Below, piece after piece: positions 1-10,839 of a DNA stretch of 64,000 bases; position 1 is the stretch's first letter, and every line of letters starts with the position of its first letter. The notes under the pieces are model-generated. The model was not told where the DNA came from. It ran no database searches and was given only the letters and a program-made list of their open reading frames with translations. Source of the stretch: an uncultured Nitrososphaerota archaeon (GTDB lineage: Archaea; Thermoproteota; Nitrososphaeria; Nitrososphaerales; CADDZS01); NCBI GenBank assembly GCA_963799845.1, contig CAWCYI010000004.1:1216001-1280000 (forward strand). Reading direction: 5' to 3'. The position numbers and the translations under genes were made by a program.

Positions 1-308
1 CCGCCGAAGACGAAGGCAAATCCCACCACGAAGAAGCTTACCATCGCGTCGTTTGGGGCGCCCGCAATTATCATGCTGAGGAGATCGGTTCCAATGTAGT
101 TCGTGCCAAACGGGTGCGCGAGGCTGGGCGGCAAAAACGCGTTATTAATGCTGATCCCGATCGGGTTATACGGCAGTACGTGCCTCCCGCCGATCGCCTC
201 CACAACCGATGTGACAACGAATATCGCAACGATTCCGAACCCGATTTTCGTCTCGGCGTTGATCGTCAGCATCCGCCTTGCTACCGAGAGGTTTTGCCTT
301 AGAGCCAA
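1..308 (-). CDS. dppC: Peptide/nickel ABC transporter permease (DppC/OppC type), runs off window edge
   Basis: Manual translation from TTG 308: MALRQNLSVARRML...FLPPSLAHPFGTNYIGTDLLSMII, with the PPS..HPFGT DppC motif; directly downstream of dppB. Confidence 0.85.
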   Translation of the reverse strand, partial: MALRQNLSVARRMLTINAETKIGFGIVAIFVVTSVVEAIGGRHVLPYNPIGISINNAFLPPSLAHPFGTNYIGTDLLSMIIAGAPNDAMVSFFVVGFAFVFG

Positions 309-312
309 TTTT

Positions 313-1335
313 TCACCTGTACCTTATCCTCGGGTCCACCACTGCGTAGAGAACGTCCGCGAGCAGGTTTGCGATTATGATCAATAGTGCAAATGTGAGT
401 GTGATTGCGAGAATCGAGGGATAGTCGATCTGGAGCGCCGACTCGACTGCGTAATCTCCGATCCCTGGATACGAAAAAACGTATTCCACGAATATCGTCG
501 AGCCGAGTATGAACGTAAAGAGAAGAGAAATTATCGTGATGACCGTTACTAGAGAGTTCTTGAAAGCGTACCCAAAAAATATCTTATTCTCAGGGATCGC
601 CCTCGCCCTTGCAGCCGTGACAAAGTTTGATTTCATGACGTCAAGAAGCGAAGATCTCAAAATTCTCGTCAGTATTCCGTAAACCGCGAAGGCATTGGCA
701 AGGCTCGGCAACATGGCATGCAAGAAAAGACTGTCAAAAGCAGGCCAGTCACCAGCGATTAGGGCGTCTAATATGGGAATATGGGTGACGGCTGGAGGCA
801 GGATAACTGTCACGTCAACTCCCCCGCTCGTCGGAAGCACGGGTAAAACCAAAGTGAAAAAGAGGATGACCGCCAGCGCAATAAAAAAAGGCGGGGACGC
901 GAACCCTATGATGTATAACGTTCTGCTGATCTTGTCCGGGAGTTTTCCCACAAATCTCGCTGCGAGCAGGCCGCTGACGAGGCCGATAACTACCGTGAAA
1001 ATTAAGGAGAAGAATATCAGCTGCAGGGTGTAGGGAAGAGTCTGCGAAATTGCCGCAATAACAGACTCGCCCTTTGTGGGAGAGTACCCCAGGTTGCCGT
1101 GCAGCACCCCGACCAAGTAGTAGAAGTACTGGACGTAGAGAGGGTCGTCGAAGTGATACTCCTTGATGTAGGCTTTTGCAACGGCTGGATCAATAGACGC
1201 CCCCTTGCCAAACCAAGCTGTTAGAGGGTTGGAAGATATCGAATGTGATAGGACGAATGTGATCAGACTGACCCCTAGGAGAACGAGGAGGGCAGTACCG
1301 AACCTTCTGAGGAGGTATCTCAGGAGTGGGTTCGT
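313..1335 (-). CDS. dppB: Peptide ABC transporter permease (DppB/OppB type)
   Basis: The 313..1116 frame stays open to about 1341 (TNPLLRYLLRRFGTALLVLLGVSLITFVLS...PLYVQYFYYL); EAA-like loop FVTAARARAIPE; ends DPRIRYR; start codon uncertain. Confidence 0.9.
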   Translation of the reverse strand, partial: TNPLLRYLLRRFGTALLVLLGVSLITFVLSHSISSNPLTAWFGKGASIDPAVAKAYIKEYHFDDPLYVQYFYYLVGVLHGNLGYSPTKGESVIAAISQTLPYTLQLIFFSLIFTVVIGLVSGLLAARFVGKLPDKISRTLYIIGFASPPFFIALAVILFFTLVLPVLPTSGGVDVTVILPPAVTHIPILDALIAGDWPAFDSLFLHAMLPSLANAFAVYGILTRILRSSLLDVMKSNFVTAARARAIPENKIFFGYAFKNSLVTVITIISLLFTFILGSTIFVEYVFSYPGIGDYAVESALQIDYPSILAITLTFALLIIIANLLADVLYAVVDPRIRYR

Positions 1336-1341
1336 ATGTTT

Positions 1342-3394
1342 CTAACCTGACGCCGGGATGATTGTGTTCAGCGGGGGCAGGTCAGTGACTCCCTGGAGGT
1401 TCGGCTCGGCAAACAAGCTCGAGATCACACCCTGTTTCCAAACATACGAGTTTGCGATCGCAGGCGCCTGCGAGACAAAGAGCCAGCCGTATGGCGCGTC
1501 ATTGTATATCTGCTGCTGGGCGTTCGTGAGGGCCGCCAAAATGGCGGTCTGGTTGTTGCTGTGATACATCAATTGCACGGCCTGATCCACTATCGAGTTG
1601 TTGTAGATGTCAAAGTTGCCAAATGACGAGAACGTTGTGACGAAAGCAGTCCAGTAGTCGGTCGGAGCTAGATAGTCGGGAGAATAAGCGGTCCAGCTGA
1701 GCTGAAGGGGAGTAATCTGGGCGGCATCCTGGAGGTTGGTTTGGTAGCTTCCGTACGGGGCTGCCTCAACTGACAATGGTTGAACGACGATATTCGTATT
1801 GATGCCGATCTGTTGAAGATTAGCCTGAATCTCCTGCGCGGCTGGAATCTCCCAGTATGTGGATGCGCTGACTATTATAAAGTCCAGAGTCGGGAAGCCA
1901 GCTCCGTTCGGGAATCCTGCCTGAGTCATTTCTGCCTTTGCCAGAGTAATATTCTGCTGGTACAGAGGGAAGTTTCCAGGATCGTAGTAGGCTCCATAGT
2001 TCGGCGATTCGGGGCCCATGTAGCGGACTCCTAACCCATCCGCGCCAACTTGAATTACAGCCGTATAGTTAATCGCGTGGACCATTGCCAGTCTGACTAG
2101 AGTAATATTTGTTGGATAGACTTGGGTGTTGAACTGCAGATACTCTACTCCCGCGGGATAGTTGAGCTTCAGAACTCCGTAAGTGCTCGGATTTGAAATC
2201 GCGCTGAGAAGATCGCTCGAAGTCAGGGACACAATTTGCGCCTTGTTGTCGTTTAGATCTAACAATCTCGTCGATTCGCTAGCCTTGTCGTAAATCACGA
2301 CCGTCTTGTAGTGACCCGGATCAACAAACGGGTTGCCCTGGATTTGAGCAGGCGTCAGGCTATCGCCCCAGTAAGTCGGGTTCTGCGTAAACACTGCAAA
2401 ACTGTTCGGGACCACGTTGGTCATCACGTAGGGTCCTGTTCCGGGAATCTGGTTTTGATAATTGAAATAGGAGTTAAAGTTGGGCGCAGTTCCCGGGCCG
2501 CCATGTTGGAGAATGAACTGGTCGTCCAAGATGAAGCCGGTCCAACCGAGGAGCGAATTGAGGAAGAACGAAAATGGAGCACTAAGATGGTACACTATAG
2601 TGTCCGGGCCGGTCACGTACGCGGGCAAACTAGTATTGCTCATTAACTGAATAGCGGTGGAATTGGGATTTATCAAACCACTCTGGTTCAAAAGATTCAT
2701 CGTAGCTGGACCGAAAGTGACTCCGGTCATGTTGAATATCGGCATGCCCATCCAGAACGTGGAAAAGTTTCCAGATGCGAAATAGTAGATGTAGAAATTC
2801 GCCCACACTTGGTACGCGTTAAGCGGGTCTCCATTCGAGAATGTGGTTCCCTGTCTCAAGTTGAAAGTGTACGTTTGTCCATCGGGTGAGACCGTCCAGT
2901 TTACGGCGAGGGCTGGAAGGAACTGGATTACGTTTTGGTCCTGTTGCGCGGTTGCATTAATTGAAATGAGTGTCTGGAAGGTTGTGGTCTCAGTCCAGTC
3001 CGGATAGGGCTGGAATATGACAACCCCGAGCTCGTTCAAACTGGGTGTCGGCCACGTGAAATCGTCAATTGAAAGCGTGGTATTCGCCGCAGCTGACGAG
3101 CTGCTGGATGACGATGAAGAGCTGGAAGAGGAAGAAGACGAAGAAGATGAACTAGAGCTCAAAATCGAAGACAAAGAGGATGAACTGGTTGCTACGACGG
3201 ACGTAGTGGATGACGAAGGCACGGACGATGAACTGGACGAACTGGAAGAAGACGTCGTGCTTTGAGTTGTCGACGTGCTCTTCGAAGTTGCCAGAACAAC
3301 TCCGGCCGCTGCTACAACTATTATCACAATTACGATTACCGCGACTACGACTCGAGAAATTGCTTTCGAACTATTGACTTTCGTTTGTCTTCAA
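1342..3394 (-). CDS. ABC transporter substrate-binding protein, family 5, with Ser/Thr-rich linker
   Basis: PALAVNWTVSPDGQTYTFNLRQGTTFSNG and GTGPY motifs; frame extends upstream through KAISRVVVAVIVIVII; start uncertain (TTG 3394 with a +1 indel, or ACG 3384). Confidence 0.9.
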
Positions 3395-3523
3395 AAAACG
3401 GAAAGTCATCACGATTTAGTTAAGTCTTTCGACATTTCACATTCGGCCGAAACTAACCCGTCCTCTCATCATTTTTCCTCGAAAAGAATCATAGTTGAAT
3501 GTAAAAGATTCCTCAGCTGCACT

Positions 3524-4279
3524 GATACCGTCAAGATAACGAGGCTGGCACTCTCCCCTTGAACGTCTCATGAGGGCGGATGTGGTTGTACCAGTAGGCA
3601 AACATGTGCAGGAATCTTCCTATTCGCTCTATTCCTTTCTCTTGATTCCGTACAGGGAAGTTGTGGAAGAATCTCTTTGTCCTTTGCTTGAAGGTGCGGT
3701 ACCACCGCTCAATGTAATTCCTGATGCCGAATGTCTTTTGCATGTAGTCTACCTTGATCCATTCGAATGCTGATTTGTACCACGGTGCATGGTCAACAAT
3801 CAGGAGCGGGTTTTCGTTAGTACATGTTTTGAGAGCTTCTCTTGTAACGCCGACAGTACTGACAATGGAAATCGAGCTCATGCACTGCGTGGAAAGTACC
3901 TCGCTTCGTTCGAGATCAAGGCATACCGAGACATATACAATTCTTCCATGTCTCTTGAGCTTCGTTTCATCCAGCAAAATGACCGGTCGTTCCTTCTTTG
4001 ATGTAAGCTCCTTTCCTGCAAAAGCTTTCTCGAATTTGAGCATCCACTGCCTGACAGACTCCTTGCTAACAGAAAACTTTCTTGCTATCACTCTAAGAGA
4101 CAACCCCTCCATGTAGAGTCTCACAGCCTCAGCTTTGATTTCCCTTGAAACCTTATTTCTCACGAAAGATCTTACGGTCGAGTGTGGCTAGGTCGAACTC
4201 GTCCTCCGTCATATTCATCACCAAAATACGATGGAAGGTGGTTCCCTGGCCATATCCGTTTCGTTAAGTGGCCGGTATC
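3524..4279 (-). mobile_element. IS6-family insertion sequence, 756 bp
   Basis: Imperfect 17-bp TIRs GATACCGTCAAGATAAC / GATACCGGCCACTTAAC; exact 8-bp direct repeat GCTGCACT at 3516-3523 and 4280-4287. Confidence 0.9.
3531..4163 (-). CDS. IS6-family DDE transposase
   Basis: N-terminal HTH (GLSLRVIARKFSVSKESVRQW); DDE motifs LLDETK, IVDHAPWY, NYIERWYRTFKQR; true start may be ATG 4212 if one T near 4165 is extra. Confidence 0.9.
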   Translation of the reverse strand: MRNKVSREIKAEAVRLYMEGLSLRVIARKFSVSKESVRQWMLKFEKAFAGKELTSKKERPVILLDETKLKRHGRIVYVSVCLDLERSEVLSTQCMSSISIVSTVGVTREALKTCTNENPLLIVDHAPWYKSAFEWIKVDYMQKTFGIRNYIERWYRTFKQRTKRFFHNFPVRNQEKGIERIGRFLHMFAYWYNHIRPHETFKGRVPASLS

Positions 4280-4328
4280 GCTGCACTGTTTGGAATTCAT
4301 AAATAGAAATCTGGGTGTCTCTCCACTC

Positions 4329-5723
4329 ATGGAGATCCCTGAGTTTGCAGATATCATTGACAAAGTCCCGAATTACTCTTACTATCTCTCATATGAAGAA
4401 CTGGAGGATAACTCACGAGCGCTCGCGCATGAACACCCTTCAATTGTTAAACTGATAGAGGCGGGGCACTCAGGAGACGGGAGGCCGATAAATGCGCTAC
4501 GAATAGGAGGCGGAAGTCACAATGTTCTCCTTTATGGATTCCCCAATCCGGAAGAACCTCTTGGGGGACTCGTCTTGGACTATCTTTCGAACGCACTTGC
4601 TTCCGGCGAGAAATTTCTACAGAAGATGGACTGCACATGGTTTCTAATAAAATGCGTCGATCCGGATGGTGCAAAGCTTACTGAAGGCTATCTGAAGGGT
4701 CCGTTGACGCCGTACAATTTCTCCAAGAATTTTTACAGGACTCCAAACCGCTTAACTGGCGAACTCAATTTTCCTTACAGGTATGGCAATGCCCTAAACC
4801 TCAACACCCCCATGCCCGAGACATCCGCTCTGATGAACATAATAAGTGGGATAAACTTTGACTTCGTTTCCAGTCTCCATGTTATGAAATTCGGCGAGAT
4901 GACCTTTGAAGTTTGCAGGCCGTGCCCTGAAATCTATTCGTCCATCCAAAGGACCGCGAAGGAAAACGGAATACCGCTGAGGAAAAGACTTGGAGACATC
5001 GTCGCACCCGGGATACAGCTTGCTTACTACATGACCCCTGCAGCCAATTACATAAAAATGAAGATGCGAGGCATACAATCCCTTCAGAAAGTAACAGGAG
5101 GATTTTCCTTCGAATTTGCTAGAATGTTGAATCCGAATGTCTTCATGATGATACCAGAGTGCACAACGTGGTTCGATCCGAGGTGTTATGATGATCGACC
5201 CTCTGGATCAAAACTGGCCGAGACTGTAGATTACGTGGGCAGATCTTTCGGCGTCTCAAGAAAACTGATCAGCGACAGCTTCGAGAAAGCAAGGCCCCAT
5301 CTCGACCCGAACTCACCTTTTGTTCAGTTTCTGGATGAAATAGTTGAAGACATCCGTAGTCCAAAGATTGGAGTGATCGATCCGGATCCTTTGATAAGAA
5401 AGGAAGAACTCGATACCGAAACTATGGTCTCTCAAAAGATTTCAACCGAGGGCAGAGCGGATATTTACCGTATGTTCAACATTGGTGCTTTTGTCAAAAT
5501 GATCGACTATCAGATCTTAAAGCACGGGAATAACTCGAGTCTTGCAGCCATCAGGGAAAAGCTGCAGGCGATTCTCGACGATTACAACAGGCAGCTCGAA
5601 ACAACGTATGATGTTCGTCACTATCCTCTCGGGAACCTTGTCACGATGAATTTGAGTTCGTTGCTGATCGCCATAGAGTATGCGAAGAAGACCGCTGTCA
5701 GGCCGGAGCTTTACACGAATTAG
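4329..5723 (+). CDS. M14-family zinc carboxypeptidase-like protein (paralog 1)
   Basis: AGHSGDGRPI, LLYGFPNPEEP, DPDG, SSLH motifs; ATG 4329 chosen because the upstream part of the ORF overlaps the IS6. Confidence 0.8.
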   Translation: MEIPEFADIIDKVPNYSYYLSYEELEDNSRALAHEHPSIVKLIEAGHSGDGRPINALRIGGGSHNVLLYGFPNPEEPLGGLVLDYLSNALASGEKFLQKMDCTWFLIKCVDPDGAKLTEGYLKGPLTPYNFSKNFYRTPNRLTGELNFPYRYGNALNLNTPMPETSALMNIISGINFDFVSSLHVMKFGEMTFEVCRPCPEIYSSIQRTAKENGIPLRKRLGDIVAPGIQLAYYMTPAANYIKMKMRGIQSLQKVTGGFSFEFARMLNPNVFMMIPECTTWFDPRCYDDRPSGSKLAETVDYVGRSFGVSRKLISDSFEKARPHLDPNSPFVQFLDEIVEDIRSPKIGVIDPDPLIRKEELDTETMVSQKISTEGRADIYRMFNIGAFVKMIDYQILKHGNNSSLAAIREKLQAILDDYNRQLETTYDVRHYPLGNLVTMNLSSLLIAIEYAKKTAVRPELYTN

Positions 5724-5745
5724 AAAAGGGAGTTGTCCGAGATCC

Positions 5746-7131
5746 ATGCCATTCGATGAAATTCTTGACGCGATTCCCAAATATGATAGGTACCTATCGG
5801 TGGAAGAGCTCGACGACAGATCTGCAGAGCTAGCCAGAGAGTTTCCGGCCAATGTAAAACTAATGGATCTCGGTGAGACTGTGAATCGAAATCGCATCCG
5901 TGCTCTAAGAATTGGGAGCGGCTCCCATAACGCGTTTCTCTACGGATTTCCGAACCCAGAAGAACCGCTAGGAGGATTGTTGCTTGATTACTTTTCGAAG
6001 GCAATCGCTGAGAATGTTGAATTCTTGGAGTCGATGGATTATACATGGTACATGATCAAGTGTGCCGACCCGGACGGAGCCGAACTGAATAAGGGGTATC
6101 TGAGCGTTCCTTACACGCCGTACAACTTCGCCCTAAACTTTTACCGAACCCCCATAAACCAGACGGGGTCAATGGCTTTCCCCTACCGATATGGGAGCAT
6201 TCTAGATGTTGACAGTCCAACCGCAGAAACTTTGGCCATGATGAAAATAATGGATCAGAATCAGATGGACTTCATGTCCGGGTTGCACGTTCTACGATTT
6301 GGGGGCGTAACGTACCAAGTTTCGGAACCGTGTCCCGAGCTCTACTCTCCACTTCAAATGCTGGCTAGAGAGAGCCATGTTCCTCTGAGAAATCGTTCGG
6401 GTACGATGCTCGCGGAGGGCGTTCAGCTCGGAAGGCATCTAACTCCCGCAGGAAATTACATTCGCGCCAAGCTCGATGGGCGCGGTCCGCTTCCAAAGAT
6501 AGCAGGCGCCAGGATGCTGGAATATGAAAGGCTGATCAATCCGAATTGCTTCGACTTTGTTCCTGAATCATCGACATGGTACGATCCTCGTTGTTACGAT
6601 AATTCTCCGAGCGATACTACATTGAAGGAGGTTATTGCCTACGCAACAATGTCAGAAAAGGAAACGAATGATCTTATTTTGAGAAACTATCAAAGAATCA
6701 GGTCCAACCTCACAGTGAAAACCAAATTCCTTGAAATGGTGGAAGACGCTGTGGATACGATGACTTCAGGATATTACAACATATTTGATCCGCCAATCGA
6801 ATTTTCCGAGAGGTCTCTCAAAGAAAAGGTTACGGTGGCGCAAAAAATCGAGACAGAGGGGCGAGTGGACATTTACTACTCGCCTTGCTACGTAAGCATG
6901 ATGATTCGAGCAATTGACGAACAGATAAAGCTGCAAGGAAGCGACTCTTCTCTTAAGGAGGCCAGGGAGAACCTTTCGCATAGACTTGAAGAGTTGAAGG
7001 ATATTATTGAATCGAAATACGACTGCAGGCACTACCCTTTGAGGAACCTGATAAGAATGAACCTCGGCGCCATACTTTACTCGGCCGTATACTCGTCAAA
7101 GCGAAATGCGCAGTTTCAAATGTGGCATTGA
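5746..7131 (+). CDS. M14-family zinc carboxypeptidase-like protein (paralog 2)
   Basis: FLYGFPNPEEPLGG, ADPDG, SGLH; colinear with the upstream paralog. Confidence 0.8.
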   Translation: MPFDEILDAIPKYDRYLSVEELDDRSAELAREFPANVKLMDLGETVNRNRIRALRIGSGSHNAFLYGFPNPEEPLGGLLLDYFSKAIAENVEFLESMDYTWYMIKCADPDGAELNKGYLSVPYTPYNFALNFYRTPINQTGSMAFPYRYGSILDVDSPTAETLAMMKIMDQNQMDFMSGLHVLRFGGVTYQVSEPCPELYSPLQMLARESHVPLRNRSGTMLAEGVQLGRHLTPAGNYIRAKLDGRGPLPKIAGARMLEYERLINPNCFDFVPESSTWYDPRCYDNSPSDTTLKEVIAYATMSEKETNDLILRNYQRIRSNLTVKTKFLEMVEDAVDTMTSGYYNIFDPPIEFSERSLKEKVTVAQKIETEGRVDIYYSPCYVSMMIRAIDEQIKLQGSDSSLKEARENLSHRLEELKDIIESKYDCRHYPLRNLIRMNLGAILYSAVYSSKRNAQFQMWH

Positions 7132-7154
7132 AGACGGTCAATGACTTCTAGCAG

Positions 7155-8155
7155 CTATTCTTCATATCCGATGTCACACACCGGGTCTCCCGTCGTAACC
7201 GTCTGGTTAATTGGAGTCCCTGCATGGCTTATTGGATACGACATGACGACTCCCTTTCGCGGGGAAATGATTTGTTCCACCTCGTCGCCGAATATGTCCA
7301 AGATTTGAAGGACAGGATCTCCAGATTCCACCGTGTCTCCCGGTTTCTTCAGGGGATAAAGGAGGCCCCCTCGGCTCGCAAAGAGCATTTCCGTGAAGAT
7401 CGGATCTTTCAATTTGACTTGAACTGTTTGTGGCTCGAGGTCTCCTGGAATCATTCCAAGAGCCTTCATCACGTTCAGGACACCTCGTACTCCCGCGGCC
7501 ACTACCTCGTCTTCGGTAAATATAGTTGAGAATGGGAATTCTGGCACGAAAGCTGGTATGCCTTTAGAGATGGCGAATATCGTTGAGCTTTTCGGTCTTC
7601 GTCGCATAGCCTCGGGAGAGAATTTCGTCCTGACAAATCCAAACGCCTTCGCTAGATCGCTCGCTCTTTCAGCAACTTCTGGATTTTCCTCAAATCCTCG
7701 AACTATCGTGAAGGGTATTGAAGGCCCTTCCATGCAATGAAGATTGATGAAACAGTCTGACCCGTCTATGACATTCCATAATTTTTCCGCAAGTCTCTTA
7801 GTTGCGGTACCTGTTAATCGCCTGGAAATGCAGACTCCACATCAATGTTATCCTGGGGAGGAACGTAAACTGCTCTCTGAAATCCGACTGGATTGGCCAC
7901 AGGCACTGCAACTACTGACCCGCGCAGACTGGCCGGGTCTAGACGCTCCCTCATTACCTTGATAATGACCTGAGTGCCAGTCACTTCCCAGCCGTGGCTC
8001 GCGCCAATGAGGACTAGTCTCGGCCCTGCACTCGCTCCTTGAAGCGACATGATCGGCAGTCTAACTGAAGTACCATCCGGAAGTTCCAGAACATCGATGA
8101 AGCGCTTGTCTACTGTATTCTTACTGATCTGCGCACTTGTATTCGACATTGGCAA
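7155..8155 (-). CDS. Succinylglutamate desuccinylase/aspartoacylase family protein (frameshift near 7815)
   Basis: ORFs 7814..8155 (GASHGWE, PVANPVG, FPGD) and 7155..7733 join via TGTATKRLAEKLW...FINLHC if one base is added; C-terminal biotinyl-like hybrid domain. Confidence 0.85.
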
Positions 8156-8334
8156 TTTCGAGATCTATCTCTATCAATAATTAACTCTTGAGGAAGTGTT
8201 TTGCCTCCAAGGAGACCTAGATCAAATTTGAGCAACCAAGGACCAAACCTTCTCCAGCGGAGCTTTTCGCAAACTTTCTTGATTTCTCTTGCGAAAGCTT
8301 TGAAAGCTGGATATTTCCTGAGGCACATTGAATC

Positions 8335-9414
8335 ATGAGCGATATCTATTCTGACCGAATTAGAGCGCTTAGAAAGAAGATCCTAGAGCACGGTTACGAT
8401 CGGTATGTCCTATCGGACGAAATGAATGTCAGATATCTGACCGGAATCCCCGTTCCGCAGTCGCCGTACTTCGTGATCGGAAGCAATGGCAAAGATGTTT
8501 TGCTCGTACCCAGCGACGGTGCAAGGACCTCCAAAGAAAAGTCAGATCAAAGGTACGAAGTTCTCGCGGCGAAGATCGGTCAGCCCACGATTGAACTTCT
8601 CATTAAGACACTAATTAGATTGGTAAAATCTAAGATTGCATTTGACGCACTTTCCGCTAGAGATTATCTGGAACTCATTCAGACATACAAAGAATCTAAA
8701 ATTGTACTCGACCCTGCACTCATCTGGTCGCTGAGGATGATAAAGTCAGACAAGGAAATTGAATCCGCAAGAAAGGCAGCTCGCATCGCCGACTCCGGTC
8801 AAAGAGTGGCTTCTGAAATCGTTAGGGCAGGGATTAGGGAGTACGAAATTGCCTCGGAGGTCGAACATATCATGCGCACTCTGGGATCGGAAGACGAGGG
8901 CCACAGGACGATCGTATCTTCGGGGCCGCGAAGCGCTATGGGTGTATTTAGCGGATATTCGACTGACCGGGTGATAAACGAAGGAGATCTTGTAATCGTC
9001 GACACGGGCGCGACGGTTGATGGTTATCGCAGCGACCTCGGACGACCTTATGTTGCCGGCAGTCCCAGCGAGAAGCAGAGGAAAATTCATGATGTTCTCT
9101 TAAAGGCTTGGGACGCTGCATTCGCAGCTGTCAAGCCGGGAGTCCAAGGGGGAGAGGTCGACTCTGCAGCTCGAAAAGTTCTCGGCAAATACCAAAAATA
9201 CTTTGATCATGAAATCGGGCACGGTTTGGGGCTCTCCTTCGAACCTCCAGCCTTGATCAGAGGTAGCAAGGACATGATACGGGAAAACATGATCGTGACT
9301 GTCGAGCCAGGGTTATACATCGAGGGTGTAGGCGGAATGATCATAGAAGATCCGAACATTGTTCTCAAGGATCACGCGGAAAGATTGACGTCTTCTCCCC
9401 ACGAATGGAGATAG
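8335..9414 (+). CDS. Xaa-Pro peptidase family (M24) protein
   Basis: LRMIKS..EI, DTGA..GYRSD, HEIGHGLG, TVEPG, IED metal-ligand motifs. Confidence 0.92.
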   Translation: MSDIYSDRIRALRKKILEHGYDRYVLSDEMNVRYLTGIPVPQSPYFVIGSNGKDVLLVPSDGARTSKEKSDQRYEVLAAKIGQPTIELLIKTLIRLVKSKIAFDALSARDYLELIQTYKESKIVLDPALIWSLRMIKSDKEIESARKAARIADSGQRVASEIVRAGIREYEIASEVEHIMRTLGSEDEGHRTIVSSGPRSAMGVFSGYSTDRVINEGDLVIVDTGATVDGYRSDLGRPYVAGSPSEKQRKIHDVLLKAWDAAFAAVKPGVQGGEVDSAARKVLGKYQKYFDHEIGHGLGLSFEPPALIRGSKDMIRENMIVTVEPGLYIEGVGGMIIEDPNIVLKDHAERLTSSPHEWR

Positions 9415-9468
9415 TCCTTCAAGAAAGATATACCGATATCACTATCAGGAAAAAGTGAATCTAAAAAA

Positions 9469-10575
9469 TTGACCTGCTCTCCTATCCGAATCGGGATTGT
9501 GGGAGCTGGAAACTGGTCTCGGAAGGCACATCTTCCATCGTATAGAAAAATCGGGGAAGCTCAGGTCGTCGCGATTTGCGATTCCAACAAGGGTCTCGCG
9601 GAAGACGCGGCTTCGGAATTCAGGATCCCGAAAGTCTACACTGATTATCGCGATCTCCTAGAAAAAGAGGACCTCGATGCGATCGACATATGTTCCTCCG
9701 CCAAAAGTCACTATGAGGTCGCTAGTGCGGCAATCCAAAGAAGAAAATCCGTGCTTTGTGAAAAACCTCTGGCCATGAACTTGAAAGAAGCAAGATCTCT
9801 TTGGGATTGCGCAAATAGGGCAAAAGTGAAAACGAAGATGGGTTTTACGTTCAGGTACAGCCCTGCACTGAGAAGAATGAAGGAGCTTATTGATGAGGAT
9901 TTTACCGGCGAGCCTTACCTGGTCAATGGGTTCGAGCAAAATTCACAGTTTATCAAACCGACGACGCCGTTTCGGTGGAACCCGAATGAAAATTCGTCTG
10001 ACATCTTTCCCGGTTCACTCGAAGAGTACGCACCACACCTGATTGATATCGCTCTCTGGTTTCTCGGTGATATGGCTAAAGTGGTCGGAAACATGAAAAA
10101 TTTCGTCTCCCAGCGCTTGATTAGAGATCTGGGAAGGGTAATGCCAATCAACATCGAGGACGCGTCAATATGGCTCGCCGAGTTCAAGAACGGGGCTATG
10201 GGGACTTTGCAATCGAGCTTCGTGGCGGTTGGAAACTATCCCGGAGTCGAGATTCGTGTTTTTGGCTCCAAAGGCGCTATTATCGCGCGATTGGTGGAGG
10301 AGGGAGGAGTCAGCGAGAGCTTGAAAACTGCGACTCAAGACCAGTCAGAATTTAGAGAAATCGAGATACCTTCCCGACTCTACGGCGCGGGAGGGAAAAA
10401 CGAATCTTGGGTCGAACTGTATTTTCACAACTTGGTACAAGCTTTTGTTTCGGATTTACTTGCAGACCAGGAACCCGAAGCTAATTTCTTGGCTGGAGTA
10501 AAAGCGCAAGAAGTCGAGGACGCGGTCTATCTCTCGCATCGTGAAAGAAGATGGATAGATTTGCCGTTGCCCTAA
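9469..10575 (+). CDS. Gfo/Idh/MocA family oxidoreductase
   Basis: IGIVGAG, VLCEKP, GFTFRY, HLID motifs. Confidence 0.93.
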   Translation: MTCSPIRIGIVGAGNWSRKAHLPSYRKIGEAQVVAICDSNKGLAEDAASEFRIPKVYTDYRDLLEKEDLDAIDICSSAKSHYEVASAAIQRRKSVLCEKPLAMNLKEARSLWDCANRAKVKTKMGFTFRYSPALRRMKELIDEDFTGEPYLVNGFEQNSQFIKPTTPFRWNPNENSSDIFPGSLEEYAPHLIDIALWFLGDMAKVVGNMKNFVSQRLIRDLGRVMPINIEDASIWLAEFKNGAMGTLQSSFVAVGNYPGVEIRVFGSKGAIIARLVEEGGVSESLKTATQDQSEFREIEIPSRLYGAGGKNESWVELYFHNLVQAFVSDLLADQEPEANFLAGVKAQEVEDAVYLSHRERRWIDLPLP

Positions 10576-10839
10576 TTCTGTGTTCATCGATTCTGAATAG
10601 AAGTTTCGACCTGATCAGTTCAATCGTTTGGTAATGTAGATGGTTCGAGACTCCCTCTGTCTAACAATCTAATTAGTCAACTTTTCATGTTCCTTCTACC
10701 TTAATTGTTGACTCCCAGGTATACTGGCCAATATCTGAATTCGACGCTGCCTCGTAACTCCAGCGTCCATTTCGGTTGGGTTTCCTGTTTCTTTGTGTGT
10801 ATTCTAATCCGTTAGGGGTAATTCCTAAAGACGTCGGTT

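Noticed and set aside
3017-3265. Highly acidic ORF (EEEEDEED) on the + strand
   Set aside because: Antisense shadow of the Ser-rich linker of the SBP
3090-3300. Low-complexity repeats here and near 45700-45890, 51360-51550 and 57230-57420
   Set aside because: Coding Ser/Thr linkers, not CRISPR or tandem DNA repeats
4182-4328. N-terminal extension of the 513-aa ORF
   Set aside because: Overlaps the IS6 end; the paralog alignment starts near ATG 4329
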